A stretch of DNA of 64,000 nt from Malacoraja senta (taxonomy: Eukaryota), in the NCBI GenBank assembly GCA_038087875.1, contig JAXLNO010000098.1:1-64000 (forward strand). Direction: 5' to 3'. Positions 25,738 through 38,702 of this stretch are shown here, one piece after another. How positions within the stretch are numbered: the stretch's first letter is position 1; each line of letters begins with the position of its first letter. Under the pieces are notes generated by a model. The model saw only the letters and a program-made list of their open reading frames with translations. It was not told the DNA's origin and searched no databases. A program made the translations under genes and the position numbers.

Positions 25738-26022
25738 GTTTAGTTTGGAGATACAGCTTGGAAACACGCCCTCCGGCCCACTGAGTCCGCGCCGACCAGC
25801 GATCCCCGTACACTAGTACGATCCTACACACTGGTGATAATTTGCAATTTTACCAAGTCAATTAACCTACAAACCCGCAAGTCTTTGGAGTGTGGGAGGA
25901 AACCGGAGCACCTGGAGAAAACCCACACGGTCACATACAAACTCCATACAGACCGCACCCATTATTAAGATCAAACCTGGGTCTCTGGCACTGTAAGGCA
26001 GCAACTCTTCTGCTGCACCACC
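25738..26022 (-). mobile_element. V-SINE (HE1-like), minus strand
   Basis: Reverse complement of the SINE consensus seen elsewhere in the window. Confidence 0.78.
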
Positions 26023-26039
26023 ACTACTGGTGCCGCTCT

Positions 26040-26925
26040 AATACATTAGAGCAGCACCCGTGTTTGTGTTGTTTATTTTGTTTTAGTTACTCTAGTTTTT
26101 GGTTCTTAGTTTGTGTTTTGGGGGGGTGGGGGGTTGAAACGGGGTTTGCAGTCTCTCCCTGCGGGGGAATGTGACTTTTTTGTCGTATTCCCCTTCTCTG
26201 CCTCCGTCTGCGCTGAGGCCTAATGGAGCTGATGACCTCGAGGCTCCGGAGGCAGAGCCCGTCAGGACTCGCCCTGAGCTCGCTCCCGTGAGGGTGGTCC
26301 GGCTCAGGGCTGGAACAGTGCTCCCGTGAGAGGTTGTGGCGCTCTCGTGAGCAAAGATACTAGAGGATCTTTGCTCGTGAGGGCGGCCAGCCCAAGGGTG
26401 GAACGAGGCTCCCGATGGAGCGGCCGAGCTCGGAGAGGTGCGGCGCTCGCAGCCCGAGGGAGGTTCGGCGTCCAAGTCGGGGCAGCCCGGCCAGAGGGAG
26501 AAGCGACGCCCAGGTCGGGGCGGCCCGGGGAAGAAGCGACGCCCATGTCGGGGCGGCCCAGCTCGGGGGGAGGTTCGGCGCCCTTGTCGGGGCAGCCCAG
26601 CCCGAGGCTGAAGACAGCACGGTACTCACGTGAGGGTGGCTGGGACGGTGTTCTGGCGGTGGTGGCCTGAGTCCGGGGGTTCGGCCGCGGGCCAGCAGCT
26701 GCGTCTGCAGGACTGGTGGGCGGCAGCTTCGACCACCCCGGGCCGCGGTGTTTGAGCCGCGGGACTGATTTAACATCGCCCGGGGGGTATCGCCTCAGCG
26801 CAGAGGGAGAAGAGGAGGGAAGAGACTGCAGACCTAAGACTTTCGCCTCCATCACAGTGAGGAGATGCTGGGTGGACTCACTGTGGTGGATGTTAATATG
26901 TGTTTATTGTTGTTTTTATTGTATT
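26040..26925 (+). repeat. GC-rich interspersed element of unknown class
   Basis: CpG-rich body with internal repeats and a 3' hairpin CACAGTGAG..CTCACTGTG; similar layout at 34990-35715 and 15765-15975. Confidence 0.5.
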
Positions 26926-27068
26926 ACTAGACCAAGTGCAGGTCTGGACACGGAACGTGCGTTTGCGGGGGGGGGGGGGGTGCTGTGGCATCACACTAAC
27001 CACCCCCTTTCCTTCAAAGCACGGAATCCGGCACCCACAAACACACACACTCATCACACCCCTTGATA

Positions 27069-28109
27069 TAGGTATGTTACAAAACTTTTCTTCAGTCGCG
27101 CTGTAATTCTGCCACTGGCCGTGTGCGCGATTTTGGCGCCTTTAAGGGGGGGCGGGGTTAAACGCGGGTTTCTCCTCCCTTGTCCTGGTTAATATTTTGT
27201 TGGAGTACAAGCGTTGGCTGAACAATCGTTCCTAGTGGCCTTTTGTGTATTTTTTATTTTTATTAAATCGTCAATGTCAGCGCTGGAGTAATTTTAAAAG
27301 CAGCTCCTGAAACATCAACGCCGATAACGGGGACGGATTTCACACACGGGACAGGTAAACGAAAGTGGTTTCTTTAAATGTATAAAAGTGCTTCTTAAGA
27401 AGCCTTTAATTCACATTTTTTTCATGCGACACGGTGATTTTATTCCCCGAATTAACGGCAGTATTTTTCATGCCAATACGGGGTTAAATTCACCGCAAAT
27501 CAATGTTCCAAAAGATCGCGTTCCAGAAATCCTCACTCACAAGATGATTTAAATGCCCATTAATTTACAGGTATTAAACATTCAATTCCTTCCATTTGGC
27601 CTGTAAATTCATGAAAATGAGATTTAAAAATTATGTTATATTGTGAATTATTGTGTGAATGTTATTTGGACACTTAGGCTATTTAAAAATGTTAATCTAT
27701 TCTTAAGAAATTGATAGATGTTTAGATCTAGTAATTGAATTTTGTAATTAGCTACAATTAGGTAACTAACTAATTATATGCTTTACTTTCATGTCTTCTA
27801 AGTAAGATTGTTTCATATTTGTTTCAGAATGCTTCAATCTATAATAACTGAAAATTTCTTTCAGTTATCTTAATTTTTAAGAAAGTTATGGGCTTTTAAC
27901 TGTCCTCGATCACAGCTTTTGTGTTTAGTCAATGGAAAAGCAATAGGGAACAAGATGCTAATTTCGGAGTATGAAAATGGCCATAACTTCTTTAATACTG
28001 AAGATATGAAAGTGAATTAGGTGTCAAATTAAACTTCTTTTTATGCTTTATCTGATGGGATAAATTGCAGACTTTATTTTTAAAATCTCAAAATTTTGTA
28101 ACATTGCTA
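27069..28109. mobile_element. Non-autonomous TIR DNA transposon (~1.04 kb)
   Basis: TAGGTATGTTACAAAA at the left end versus TTTTGTAACATTGCTA at the right end (imperfect TIR); no clear TSD. Confidence 0.6.
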
Positions 28110-28113
28110 TGTA

Positions 28114-28426
28114 CAGGTATGCTATCGGGTTTTTTCTAGCACCCTTGGTTCCAGAGCCTTGCCGGATTATTCATTTTGCCGGACCAACAGAGGTCACGTA
28201 GTAATAATTCAACAATACACCTCTGACCCACTAATTATACTCCTCCCGTATCTGTAAAACACAACGGACAGGTAGAAACGTAAACAAAGAAGTGAATAAT
28301 TAAATATTTCAGCATGGAGGCACACATCCTGAAAGAGCGTGCGCCACACGCAACCCTCTCGTAATTTTGTCTGGATTAAAGGAGGTGCCGGACGATCAGT
28401 TGCCGGAAAAACTGGTGACGTATCTA
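28114..28426. mobile_element. Tc1/mariner (pogo/Tigger-like) MITE
   Basis: TA-flanked, CAGGT.. start; ends resemble the 52659-53027 element (..AAAGGAGGTGCC..CAGTTGCCGGAAAA..). Confidence 0.6.
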
Positions 28427-30340
28427 TATTTTTCTAAACTGTGCTCCATATGTTGTATATCTATATGTCATTAATATCCTGCGTGTAACTTTGACCATAA
28501 ATAGTGTCGTTTGGCAAAGCCAAATTTTGTTTTTTAAGAAGAGCTTCAAATATTTGAAACATTACAAATTCATTGACAAATTCTAATTCTTTAAATATCT
28601 TTACTTGGATTGTGACACTTAGTTTACAGTCTTTGCTCTGTTTAACTTGCAGAGCGTTGGTGTAATTCTGCATGAATATATGTAACGTCTTGATACCCAG
28701 TGACATTTTACTGTTGGATGGAGAATCCCAAAGATCCACACTTTGAGGGAAGAAATTCTTTTGCAACCGAGTCTGAAATATATATTCTTTAATACCAAGA
28801 ATGGCTTTCTTGTACTTGATTTCCCCCTACCAGGGAACTATCTTCACGCCTTCTACTTTTTAAAGCCCATCAGAAGCTTGTGGATCAATGAGATTGTCTC
28901 TCATTCTCTCAGACTTCAATGAGTGTAAGCTCAACTTTGTAAGGTAACACCTTCATACCTGGAATCTATCGAGTGAATTTTTATCCCACTGTGACTCCAG
29001 GGAACATATAGTCTTGGAAAAGGAGAACAACGCTGTATGCAGTACCCCATGTGATTTCACTAAAACTAAACCTTTCTGACTATTGTATTCCACCCATTTT
29101 CTAATAAGATCATAAGACATGGGAGCAGATTTATACCATTCGGCACATTGAGTCTCCTTGCCTGATATTTTTCTACCTCTCAATCCTATTATCTTGCCTT
29201 CTCCCCGTAACCATTGACACCTTTCCTAAGCAAGAACCTATCAATCTCCACTCTAAAAATGCCCTGATCGGCTGCGGAATTTGGTGGGCCGAAGGGCCTG
29301 ATTCTGCGCTGTATCTCTAAACTAAACTAAGCGACCCCTTCTTTTGGCTGAGATATTAAACCAACATCCAAGCTGTAAACACTAGAATAGAAGCCATCTG
29401 TTTCTTTTGATATTTGATATGATTTGATAGGTTCTAAAGTCACATTCTATAAATTACTCTTTATCAATATCTGTGTAAACATTTGATTGCTCATTGAATT
29501 ACGTGTTTGTGGTCTGTCACTCACCATAGTACATTACCAGTTGAGAAACATTGGTTCCTAGGTCAGTGACAACTGAGAATATAACTTCAATCTTTTTCAG
29601 GGTCAAAATTGTGTCATCCTGGAATGACATAATTGTAACTTTTCTTTCTTTTGATGTAATGAATTGATTTTTCTCTTCTGCTCTTTTTCGCAGAAAAAAA
29701 GTTTCCTTCGTATAAATGAGCTAATTTTGACTTGTGCTCGTGTTTACACAGAGACAGATTGTCACGATAGAAACTGAACCCATTCCCACCTGTATATTAA
29801 ACATAAACTGCACCGGGAAAGATTGTGCAGTGCGTGTTTTGAAATGTTTGTACCGATTTCTGGTTGAATTCGTGCCCATTGAGAAATGGGCTTCCAGTTG
29901 GGATTCACCCTGTGCCAGCCTCGGCCCCGTACGTCATGTCCCAGGGACAGATGCTGGATCGAAAGGTCGTGACTATGTCCTTGACAGTTCACTCACAATT
30001 AAACAAGAAATATCTCACACGTCAGCAACCACTGAATCCCCGTGTTGATTTCCATGTGCTGTCTTTTACACGTAGGCAACACGGACAAAGACTGCAGGGT
30101 CACATATTGCAATCCAGAGGTCCAAAGGACATGATCTGATCTGCTCGCTCTAGTGATGGGAGACTGGTGGGGCTGTGTGGGTATAGGAGCCTTGTTTCAG
30201 TGCTCTTCCCACATTTTGCTTCATCTCCACAGCAACTTTGCCTGTACGGAGTTTGCAAGTTCTCCCTGTGACTACGTGGGTTTTCTCCGGGTGCTCCGGT
30301 TTTCTCGCACACTCCAAAGACATACAGGTTTTTGTAGGTG

Positions 30341-30566
30341 TTTAAGAAGGAACTGCAGATGCTGGAAAATAGAAGGTAGACAAAAATGCTGGAGAAACTC
30401 AGCGGGTGAGGCAGCATCTATGGAGCGAAAGAAATAGGCAACGTTTCGGGCCGAAACCCTTCTTCAGCTGATGACAGGGTTTCGGCCCGAAACGTTGCCT
30501 ATTTCCTTTGCTCCATAGATGCTGCCTCACCCGCTGAGTTTCTCCAGCATTTTTGTCTACCTCTAG
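30341..30566. mobile_element. Fold-back Penelope-terminus mini-element inserted in a V-SINE
   Basis: ~87-bp near-perfect inverted arms (30374-30460 / 30476-30562) matching the PLE end at 306-435; TSD TTTGTAGGTG at 30331-30340 and 30567-30576. Confidence 0.85.
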
Positions 30567-31917
30567 TTTGTAGGTGAATTGGCTTCGGTAAAATTGTCTT
30601 CAGTGTGCAGGATAGTTAGTGTCCAGGATGATCGCCGGTTGGCGTGGGCCGAAGGGCCTGGTTTCTGCATTGTTTCTCTAAAGTCTAAATATACCCATCT
30701 CCTTCTCTCCCCAGTCACTCTGTCATCCCTCTCCATTCAATTAAAAAAATGATATTTTTCTATTACACATACCCAAAGGGATAAACTTGCATTTCTTCAC
30801 TTTATTTTCCATCCACCATTTTTTTGCCTGGCCAGTCAACTTCTCTATATCTCTCTGATCCTTCTCGCAACTTGTTTTCCTACTTATTTTCAGTGTCATT
30901 TTGTGAATCACTTTACAATAGGGATTGGTTTGGCAGCAAACATTCCCACTATGATAGGAGAACATTTATTTTAATGTCCCTAGCATCAAGATAGCAATTT
31001 CCCAGACAAACTGCAGTGTCAGTGTAGGTGTTCAAAAATTAATGATCAAAAGTACATTCATGTTTAATATTGCTCATGGTTCCTTTATCATGCAACACAG
31101 TGACAGTGCAAGTAGTGCAGCTGTCTCACCAGCTCCAGAGACAGGTTTGCTTCTGGTCTCAGTTGCTGTCTGCGTGGAGTTTGCACGTTCTCCTTGCGAC
31201 TGCATGGATTTCTTTCTGGTGCCCAGATTTCCTCCCACATCCCAAAAAAATCTGTTGGTTGGTACAGTGCAACTCTAATTTGCTCTTTGTGCAGATAGAT
31301 AGTGGGATACTGGCAGAATCCCTGGGAGGGATACTGATGAAAATTTTGAAAAGGCATCCATGGTCATTTGATGCACCCCACTTGATTTGTGATCCACACC
31401 TCCAACCATCGGAAATCTGCCAGGAATAGTCCTAAACAGTTCTCTAGGCCAACTGTAACAGGTCTCTGGCTCTGCCTGTGTTGTTGGCAAATGGTATAAT
31501 TGAAAAATCATGAGAAAAATCTCAGCTCTCCTGCCAGAGAAAGTCCAAATGTCACTGACCTGCCAGGAGTTTGGGATATTTTCCCCATTCAATTAAATTC
31601 AGAGATTTGGCTGAATTTCACATTCTCCACAAATTAATGGGATCTATAATCTGTGGTGTGTAGGGTAGCATTAGTGTGCCAGGATCGCTGGTCGGCGCGG
31701 ACTCGGAGGGCCGAAGGGCCTGTTACAGCGCTGTACCTCTAAACTAAACTAAACTATAACATTAAGGGTAGCATTACTGCCATGAACATGAATACAACTG
31801 AATCTCATGGTCTCATCCAGCCTTCTGTAAATGGAGAGGAGAAACAATTCCATGCAAGTTAGAATTATTCATATTGTTCATCATCGCATGCAAGAAATAA
31901 TGAATGCAACAAAATTA

Positions 31918-32720
31918 GAAACATAGAAAAATAGGTGCAGGATTAGGCCATTCAGCCCTTTGAGCCAGCACCGCCATTCAATACAGGGCCCTAGTGAGAC
32001 CACACCTGGAGTATTGTGTGCAGTTTTGGTCTCCAAATTTGAGGAAGGACATTCTTGCTATTGAGGGAGTGCAGCGTAGGTTCACGAGGTTAATTCCCGG
32101 GATGGCGGGACTGTCATATGTTGATAGAATGGAGCGGCTGGGCTTGTATACACTGGAATTTAGAAGGATGAGAGGGTTTCTTATTGAAACAGAAAAGATT
32201 AAGGGATGGGACACACTAGAAGCAGGAAACATGTTCACGATGTTGGGAGAGTGTTGAACCAGGGGCCACTGTTTATGAATAAGGGGTAAACCATTTAGAA
32301 CGGAGATGAGGAGAAACTTTTTCACACAGAGGGTTGTGAATCTGTGGAATTCTCTGCCTCAGAAAGCAGAGGAGGCCAATTCTGTGGATGCTTTCAAGAA
32401 AGAGTTAGATAGAGCTCTTAAAGATAGCGGAGTCAGGCGATATGGGGAGAAGGCAGGAACAGGATACTGATGTGGATGATCAGCCATGATCACAATGAAT
32501 GGTGGCTCGAAGGGCCGAATGGCCTACTCCTGCACCTATTGTCTATTATCAAGGCTAATCCAAAATCAGTAACCCGTTCCAGCTTTTCCTCCCATATCCC
32601 TTGATTCATTTAGCCTAAGAGCTAAATCTAAATCTCTCTTGAAAACATCCAGTGAATTGGCCTCCACTGCCTTCTGTGGCAGGGAATTCCACAGGTTCAC
32701 AACTCTCTGGATGAAATTGT
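31918..32720. mobile_element. Nested CR1 fragments (plus-strand copy ~31982-32548 inside a minus-strand tail)
   Basis: RPHLEYCVQFWSPNLRKD ORF on +; minus-strand tail sequence resumes after TATTGTCTATT. Confidence 0.8.
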
Positions 32721-34989
32721 ACTATCTCATCTCTGTATCTTAACATGCAAATTCACATGGGAGTAAAAGTTAGACAGTGAACAACGTTTCATTCAGTAAT
32801 TGATGTTTCAATGAGTTTTGATAAAATTGTATATCAGTGTAGGCCTGAGGTCGAGAACAGCACATCCTGCTCCCCAAATTATAGGACAGATGTGATTGCA
32901 CTGGAAATGGTTCAGAGGAGATCTGGAAGATCTGGAATTGCTTTCTTTGGAAAAGTAGGTGTTAAGATGGGGTGTAGATAATAGAAGTATACAAAATGTT
33001 CAGGACCCAGACAGAGTGAATTGAAAAGACCTATTTCAGGTTACAGAGAGATCAAAACCAGGTTAGAAGGATTTTAAATCCTTCTTTTAAAGAACTTACC
33101 GTACACTGTGCTTTAGCCGTATTAATCACAGCGCCAACCTTTCTGTTCATCGCGGTGTGTGTCTGTATCACCTTGGCTTTGCACCGTGTGAATTTTTTAG
33201 ACAGCGCTCCCCCGCATGCCCTGTCCCCCGCCTGCATAACGGGCTGGTGAAGGAAGCGATGTGTTTGTGTGTGTGCTCTACTCTGACAGTCGCCGTTCCA
33301 GTTGCCGGTTTTTCAGGCGACTGCCAGCAACTTGACAGTCGACGGCAGTCCGCTGAAAAATCGCCTAAGTGGGACAGGCCCATTAGACACAACAAAAAAA
33401 ACTATGCTCTCTGTTCTCTTGTGGCAATTTGGCAATGTTTTCCAGGCAAGATTTTTGCTTAAGTACACTACCTGAAATCTTCAGAAGACTCACTGCATCT
33501 TACTGGATTCCTCCTCAATCCAGACAGCCAGCAAAATTCTACGTACACATCTCTACTAGGCTGTACTAGTGTGAGTAGCACATAAAATCAATCTGAACAG
33601 CAGGTCTGATCCAGCACAGTCCCAACCCATGTCCTAACTTTGCATTTGGGGAGAAATTTAAATAGCAAAACTGTGTTGAGACTTTGCTGCCACCTAATGG
33701 TGTCAATTTGCTGAAACTTTGAAGCTTTGTTTTGTGTAAAACAAACATGCCCTATCCTGAACACATAACATTTGAAGAAAACCTGTCAAACCATTTACTC
33801 GTGAATGAAAATTGTTTTTTGAGATAAAATTTATTCTTTAAGTCCTTTATTTCCCTTCCTGTTTCTCAGTACACAACAAGGTCAGAGGTGAACAATTCTC
33901 ACATTTAGTGTTAATATTCAGCTGGGATGGATAAGTCATGAGCAGCAAGGTATAATGTGCACAAATTCACATTTGATTGCTCTGGCATCCTTTGCCACAT
34001 CAACATACATTGCCTTGACATTATTGAATGTTATTCTTTTTGAATTTATAGTTAGTCTTTTCTCCCATTTAGGGTTTCCTTGCAGTTTTATATCATGGTC
34101 TAAACTGTTTCTTTCTAACCAACCATATATAATAGCAGTGGGGCTCCTACTTTTTCATTACATTGCCTTATTGCACATTATCAAACTGTTCACAAATAAC
34201 ATAATTTTCACAAGAGTTCCAGTTTTCTTTGGAAATTGTGGTTTGCCTGCTAGACCAGGTCTGAAGGGAGAGTTGTGGTAACGCTAAATAGAGAGTTGTG
34301 CAAGAAGATATTCCATCCAAATTGACCTATAACATTTTGCCAGTAAGATGAAAAAGTTGATTACAAGGACTGCCAAATCACCTCAGGTATAAATGTTCAT
34401 AATTAAGGCAGTTTTAGCAACTATGTTGGGAAATATTCCAACAGACTTAATCATGTTGTGCCTGACCATACTTTTGAATTTACTTTCACATTGTGTCCGC
34501 TTGCGCCTCTTTTCTTCTCACCTTCAAGACTGTGGGTTTATCTTTCCATCATGCTCACTAAGCCATCCCTGGCCAGACTTTTCTCTTTGTGAATTGTTCC
34601 TCTTTGCATCTTGCGATTGAATTCGGATGAGGTGGATCACTCCATTGTCTTCCATTGACTTGCCTGATGCAGCTAAGTCAAGAAAATATTGTGGATAGAT
34701 GGCTGAATGAAATGTAGGTCGTATGTTTGGAACTCTTACTGTGTCCAAATAAATTTGTTAGAAATACTGACCTGATTTAATTCTTCATAATGTCACTATA
34801 CTTCGAATTCATTCTTCTCTGTAGATTTTTTTCTTATCAGGACTTTCTCTGTAGCTGCAAAACTATATTCTGCTCTGGTTATTTTCTCTTTTGCACTACC
34901 TGATGTTTTCATGTATATGATTTGCCTAGTAGTCCACAAAACAAAGTTCTTCACTGTATCTCAGAACACATGACAACAAGGAGGAGGAG

Positions 34990-35715
34990 CTATCTTGGGG
35001 AACGGCTGCTAACCAGCAGCCGTTGGTTAAATTCACTTTTTTTTCTTAGTTTTTAGTTTTCTTGGTCTATGTCCGTTGGGAAATTTTGACTTTTTATGTG
35101 GGGGGGTAAGGGGGAAACTACTTTCTAGGTCCCTACCTGGTCGGTGAGGCAGCTTTTTCTCCGGGCTGCCCCGTCGACCCGTCCCTGCGGCCTACCATCG
35201 GGCCTGGAGCGGCGTTTCCTGGCAGGGACTGCCCAGCACCTTCAGCTTCGGTGGCGGCACAGCGCTGGAGCGCTATCGCGGAGCGGAGCGGGCGATGCCT
35301 TGCCTGGGTCGCCGCGCTGGATCGACGCGCTGGAGCTCCGGTGAGCTGTGACCGCCGAGCTCAACACCTCCGGGCTGCGGGTCTGTGGAGCGGCCAGCCG
35401 CGGGCGGCGGTGCCGACTCTAACATCGGGAGCCTCGGAGCTCCAAATCGGCGCAGCCTTGTCGGCTTCAGGTGCCACGGACTCCGGTAGGAAATCGGCCG
35501 TTCCAGCCGCTGCGAGGACTGTCCCGACGCCGGGGCAACTGCACCCGGCGAGAACGGCCAGAAACATCGAGCCTCCGTAGAGGCAACTGTGGAGGCCTCA
35601 ATAGGCCTGACTTTGGGAGAACTGGGGTTGGGGACTGGACATTGTGCCTTCCCCCACAGTGGTAACCATTGTGGGGGGATGATTTTGTGTGTAGTGTGTA
35701 GTGTCTATGTTGGTC
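34990..35715 (+). repeat. GC-rich interspersed element of unknown class
   Basis: CpG-rich body ending in hairpin CCCCACAGTGG..CCATTGTGGGG and a TG-rich tail. Confidence 0.5.
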
Positions 35716-35849
35716 TATGTCCAAGATGGCGGTCGGAAGGGAGAGTGGACGCTGGCGCGGTTTGGCTGCCGCTGCTCTCTCTTCACATTGTGTTTCTGAA
35801 TTTTTTTGTTGTCTTTTTTGGATCGAATTTCTGTCTTTAATTTGTGTAT

Positions 35850-36049
35850 NNNNNNNNNNNNNNNNNNNNNNNNNNNNNNNNNNNNNNNNNNNNNNNNNNN
35901 NNNNNNNNNNNNNNNNNNNNNNNNNNNNNNNNNNNNNNNNNNNNNNNNNNNNNNNNNNNNNNNNNNNNNNNNNNNNNNNNNNNNNNNNNNNNNNNNNNNN
36001 NNNNNNNNNNNNNNNNNNNNNNNNNNNNNNNNNNNNNNNNNNNNNNNNN
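35850..36049. other. Assembly gap (200 N)
   Basis: Run of N bases. Confidence 1.
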
Positions 36050-38702
36050 ATAAGAAACCTGTCCTTTTGAGAAATGAATGGATCATTCATGGTGTAGCAT
36101 TTCTCGAGTAGTCTATAGAAAAAAAGGACATAATTTGTACAAAGCCTAAACTGGATGAGTAAACTTTTAGTTTTAATTCAGCAGAAATCACAATTTTTTA
36201 GTGATGCTAATTTCCAAAGTTGGTTTGGCTTGTATACATTAAGCTAATACTACTAGGTCCATTACCTATAACTTTCATTATCCAGTCAGGCATTACCTAG
36301 CATTATCTTGTCCAATAAAGACTATAACAAAATTTATCAATGGGGTTATATTTATCATGTCCATGTCTTTCATTGTTAAATACCCCTTTCACAATACAAG
36401 TAAAACGTTTCAAAATAATTTATTCCTGACATTTATGGCAGGAGTTTATCACTGTGAGGTTCTGATGCAGACAAATAAATGTTACCACTCTATAAATCTA
36501 TGAGCTATTGGAAGAAAATGGAATATCATGCATTCCAGTTTTCTGAAGACTAAAAAATAAAAAACCGATTTAATAATGAGATGTACGTTTTCCCCAAGTG
36601 CACATTTACACTTTTTTTATTCTCATACTCTCATCAATTCTTCCTGGATTTTATCACTCAGTTAGATACTATGCGCAATTTACAATGCTAATGCTGATAC
36701 CTTGTGAAAGGAAACCAGAGTACCCGGAAGAATCCCACATGGTCACAAGGAGAACATGCAATGCCCATGCAGACAGCAGGAGTGGTCTGCATTGAACTTG
36801 GGTCACAGGATCTGAGAGGCAATAGCTCCACCAGCTTGATTACCCATATTGATTAGTACGGGTGTCAGAGGTTATGGGGAGAAGGCAGGACAATGCGGTT
36901 CGGAGAGCGAGATAGATCAGCCATGATTGAATAGCAGAATAGACTTGATGAGCCGAATGGCCTAATTCTACTCCTAACACGTATGATCTAATGAGCTGCA
37001 TGACTGTTGTCTCCACAGTTACTGCAATTGTGCACACATTTTCACAGGCAGTCTAGGTAGGAATCATCCTACCACAACTAGAGAGCAGCCCTGAGCTGCT
37101 ATCAACCTCACTGCGGACCCTCGGACTATTTTTGATCAGACTTTATTGGAATTTATCTTACACTAAATGTTATTTACGTTTTTCCTTCATCATGTATCTG
37201 TACACTATGGATGGCTCGATTGTAATCATGCATTATCTTTCCACTGACTGGTTAGCACGCAGCAATAGCTTTTTCACTGTACCTCGGTACATGTGACAAT
37301 AAACTAAACTCAAACCTATCACCTATTCCTCAGCCGTTTGTCATATTGCTGGCTGCAAGGGCTGTGCCTTTTGACAGTTTTGCAGCAGACCATCAGGCAT
37401 CACAAAAAACGCTCTGTTGGAAAACCACAGCGATCTATCAGAGTACAGAGGCATCATTACAGGACATCAGGAGCTCAAGTGCAGCTGACATAGTAGAATA
37501 AAGGCATCATCAGCGATACCGTGAAACCAAGTACTGACCCAAATTAACAATTCTAGCGGATATGCCGAGGAATATAATTTATTCATAATTTCCAAACTAC
37601 AATATGCAGAGTTAATGGCACTATGTTGCAGTCTTACCAATATGGAGTCTGGCTCCATCAGTCCATGGATACCATTATAATATCCAGATGCTACCTATAG
37701 TGCCCAAACAACAGATGGAACAAATCCAAGATTTGCATCTGTGATGTCTGAATCGCAACTCTATGCTCTACATAGATGTTAAGAGACTGCACAGTGTTTG
37801 GCTCTAAATTTCAAAAGTCACTCACACAATAGAACGTGCATTTGGAGGCTTTTGTCCATAGTAGTTACACGGTGCTCTGAGTCCACATAAGCTGCATTCA
37901 AATATCTCTGGCCCAGGCTCTGACTTTGGCACTTGCTCTTCATCGCAATTCATCTGAAACAAAGGTATCAAGAATCATTAATACTTAATTATATTTGACA
38001 CTTAACCTGTTCAGTGCCACCCCAGAGGACACTTGGGTCAGAGTATACAACTCTTCGCAATATCTTGTTCTTCTATTCAGAGCTGTTACCAAACCACGAG
38101 GATCCTTTCTACCATCTTTAAAAGTTACTAAGAGTCATTGGGGACATGCCAAATTTCCTTAGTCTCTTGGGAAAATCGAGGCATTGATTTTCTTGGCCCC
38201 AGCAACAATGCCGTTGGCGATATTTACACCTAGAACTTGAAGATGTCAGCCATCTCCTCCTCGATACCATCAATGCTGACTGGAGCGAGTATACCATCTC
38301 ATTTTAACATAAGTTATTTGCACAAGATTCCAGCATCGGCAATTGTTGTGTCTCCAACTAGCTCCTCTATCTTGCTGTCCAGCCCACTGTCCAACTAGCT
38401 CCTCTATCCAGCCCACTATGTTGGTGTCATCTGCAAACTGGTAAATGGAGTCAGAACAGTATTTGGCCGCACATTTGTGAGTGTATACGGAGAACAAAGC
38501 AAGGAAATGCACAAATAATGGGAGGATTCTGAGAGATTAGGAGGAACAATCTTGTTGGGCGAGACCACAGATGGCTCAGGTGGTTAATAAGCGTTATTGT
38601 GTGAGACACAGAACCAAACTGCCTTTGGATTGTTAAACCATTAACCCTCACGAAGGTTTAATTCACAGTGGTCAATAATCCTACCAGTCCTATTTCAGGA
38701 TG

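Noticed and set aside
33096..33150. Minus-strand ATG...GTAAG as UPK3 exon 1
   Set aside because: MNRKVGAVINTAKAQCT lacks a hydrophobic signal peptide and lies in or next to a MITE remnant.
35467..36111. ORFs spanning the N run
   Set aside because: Artefacts of the assembly gap.
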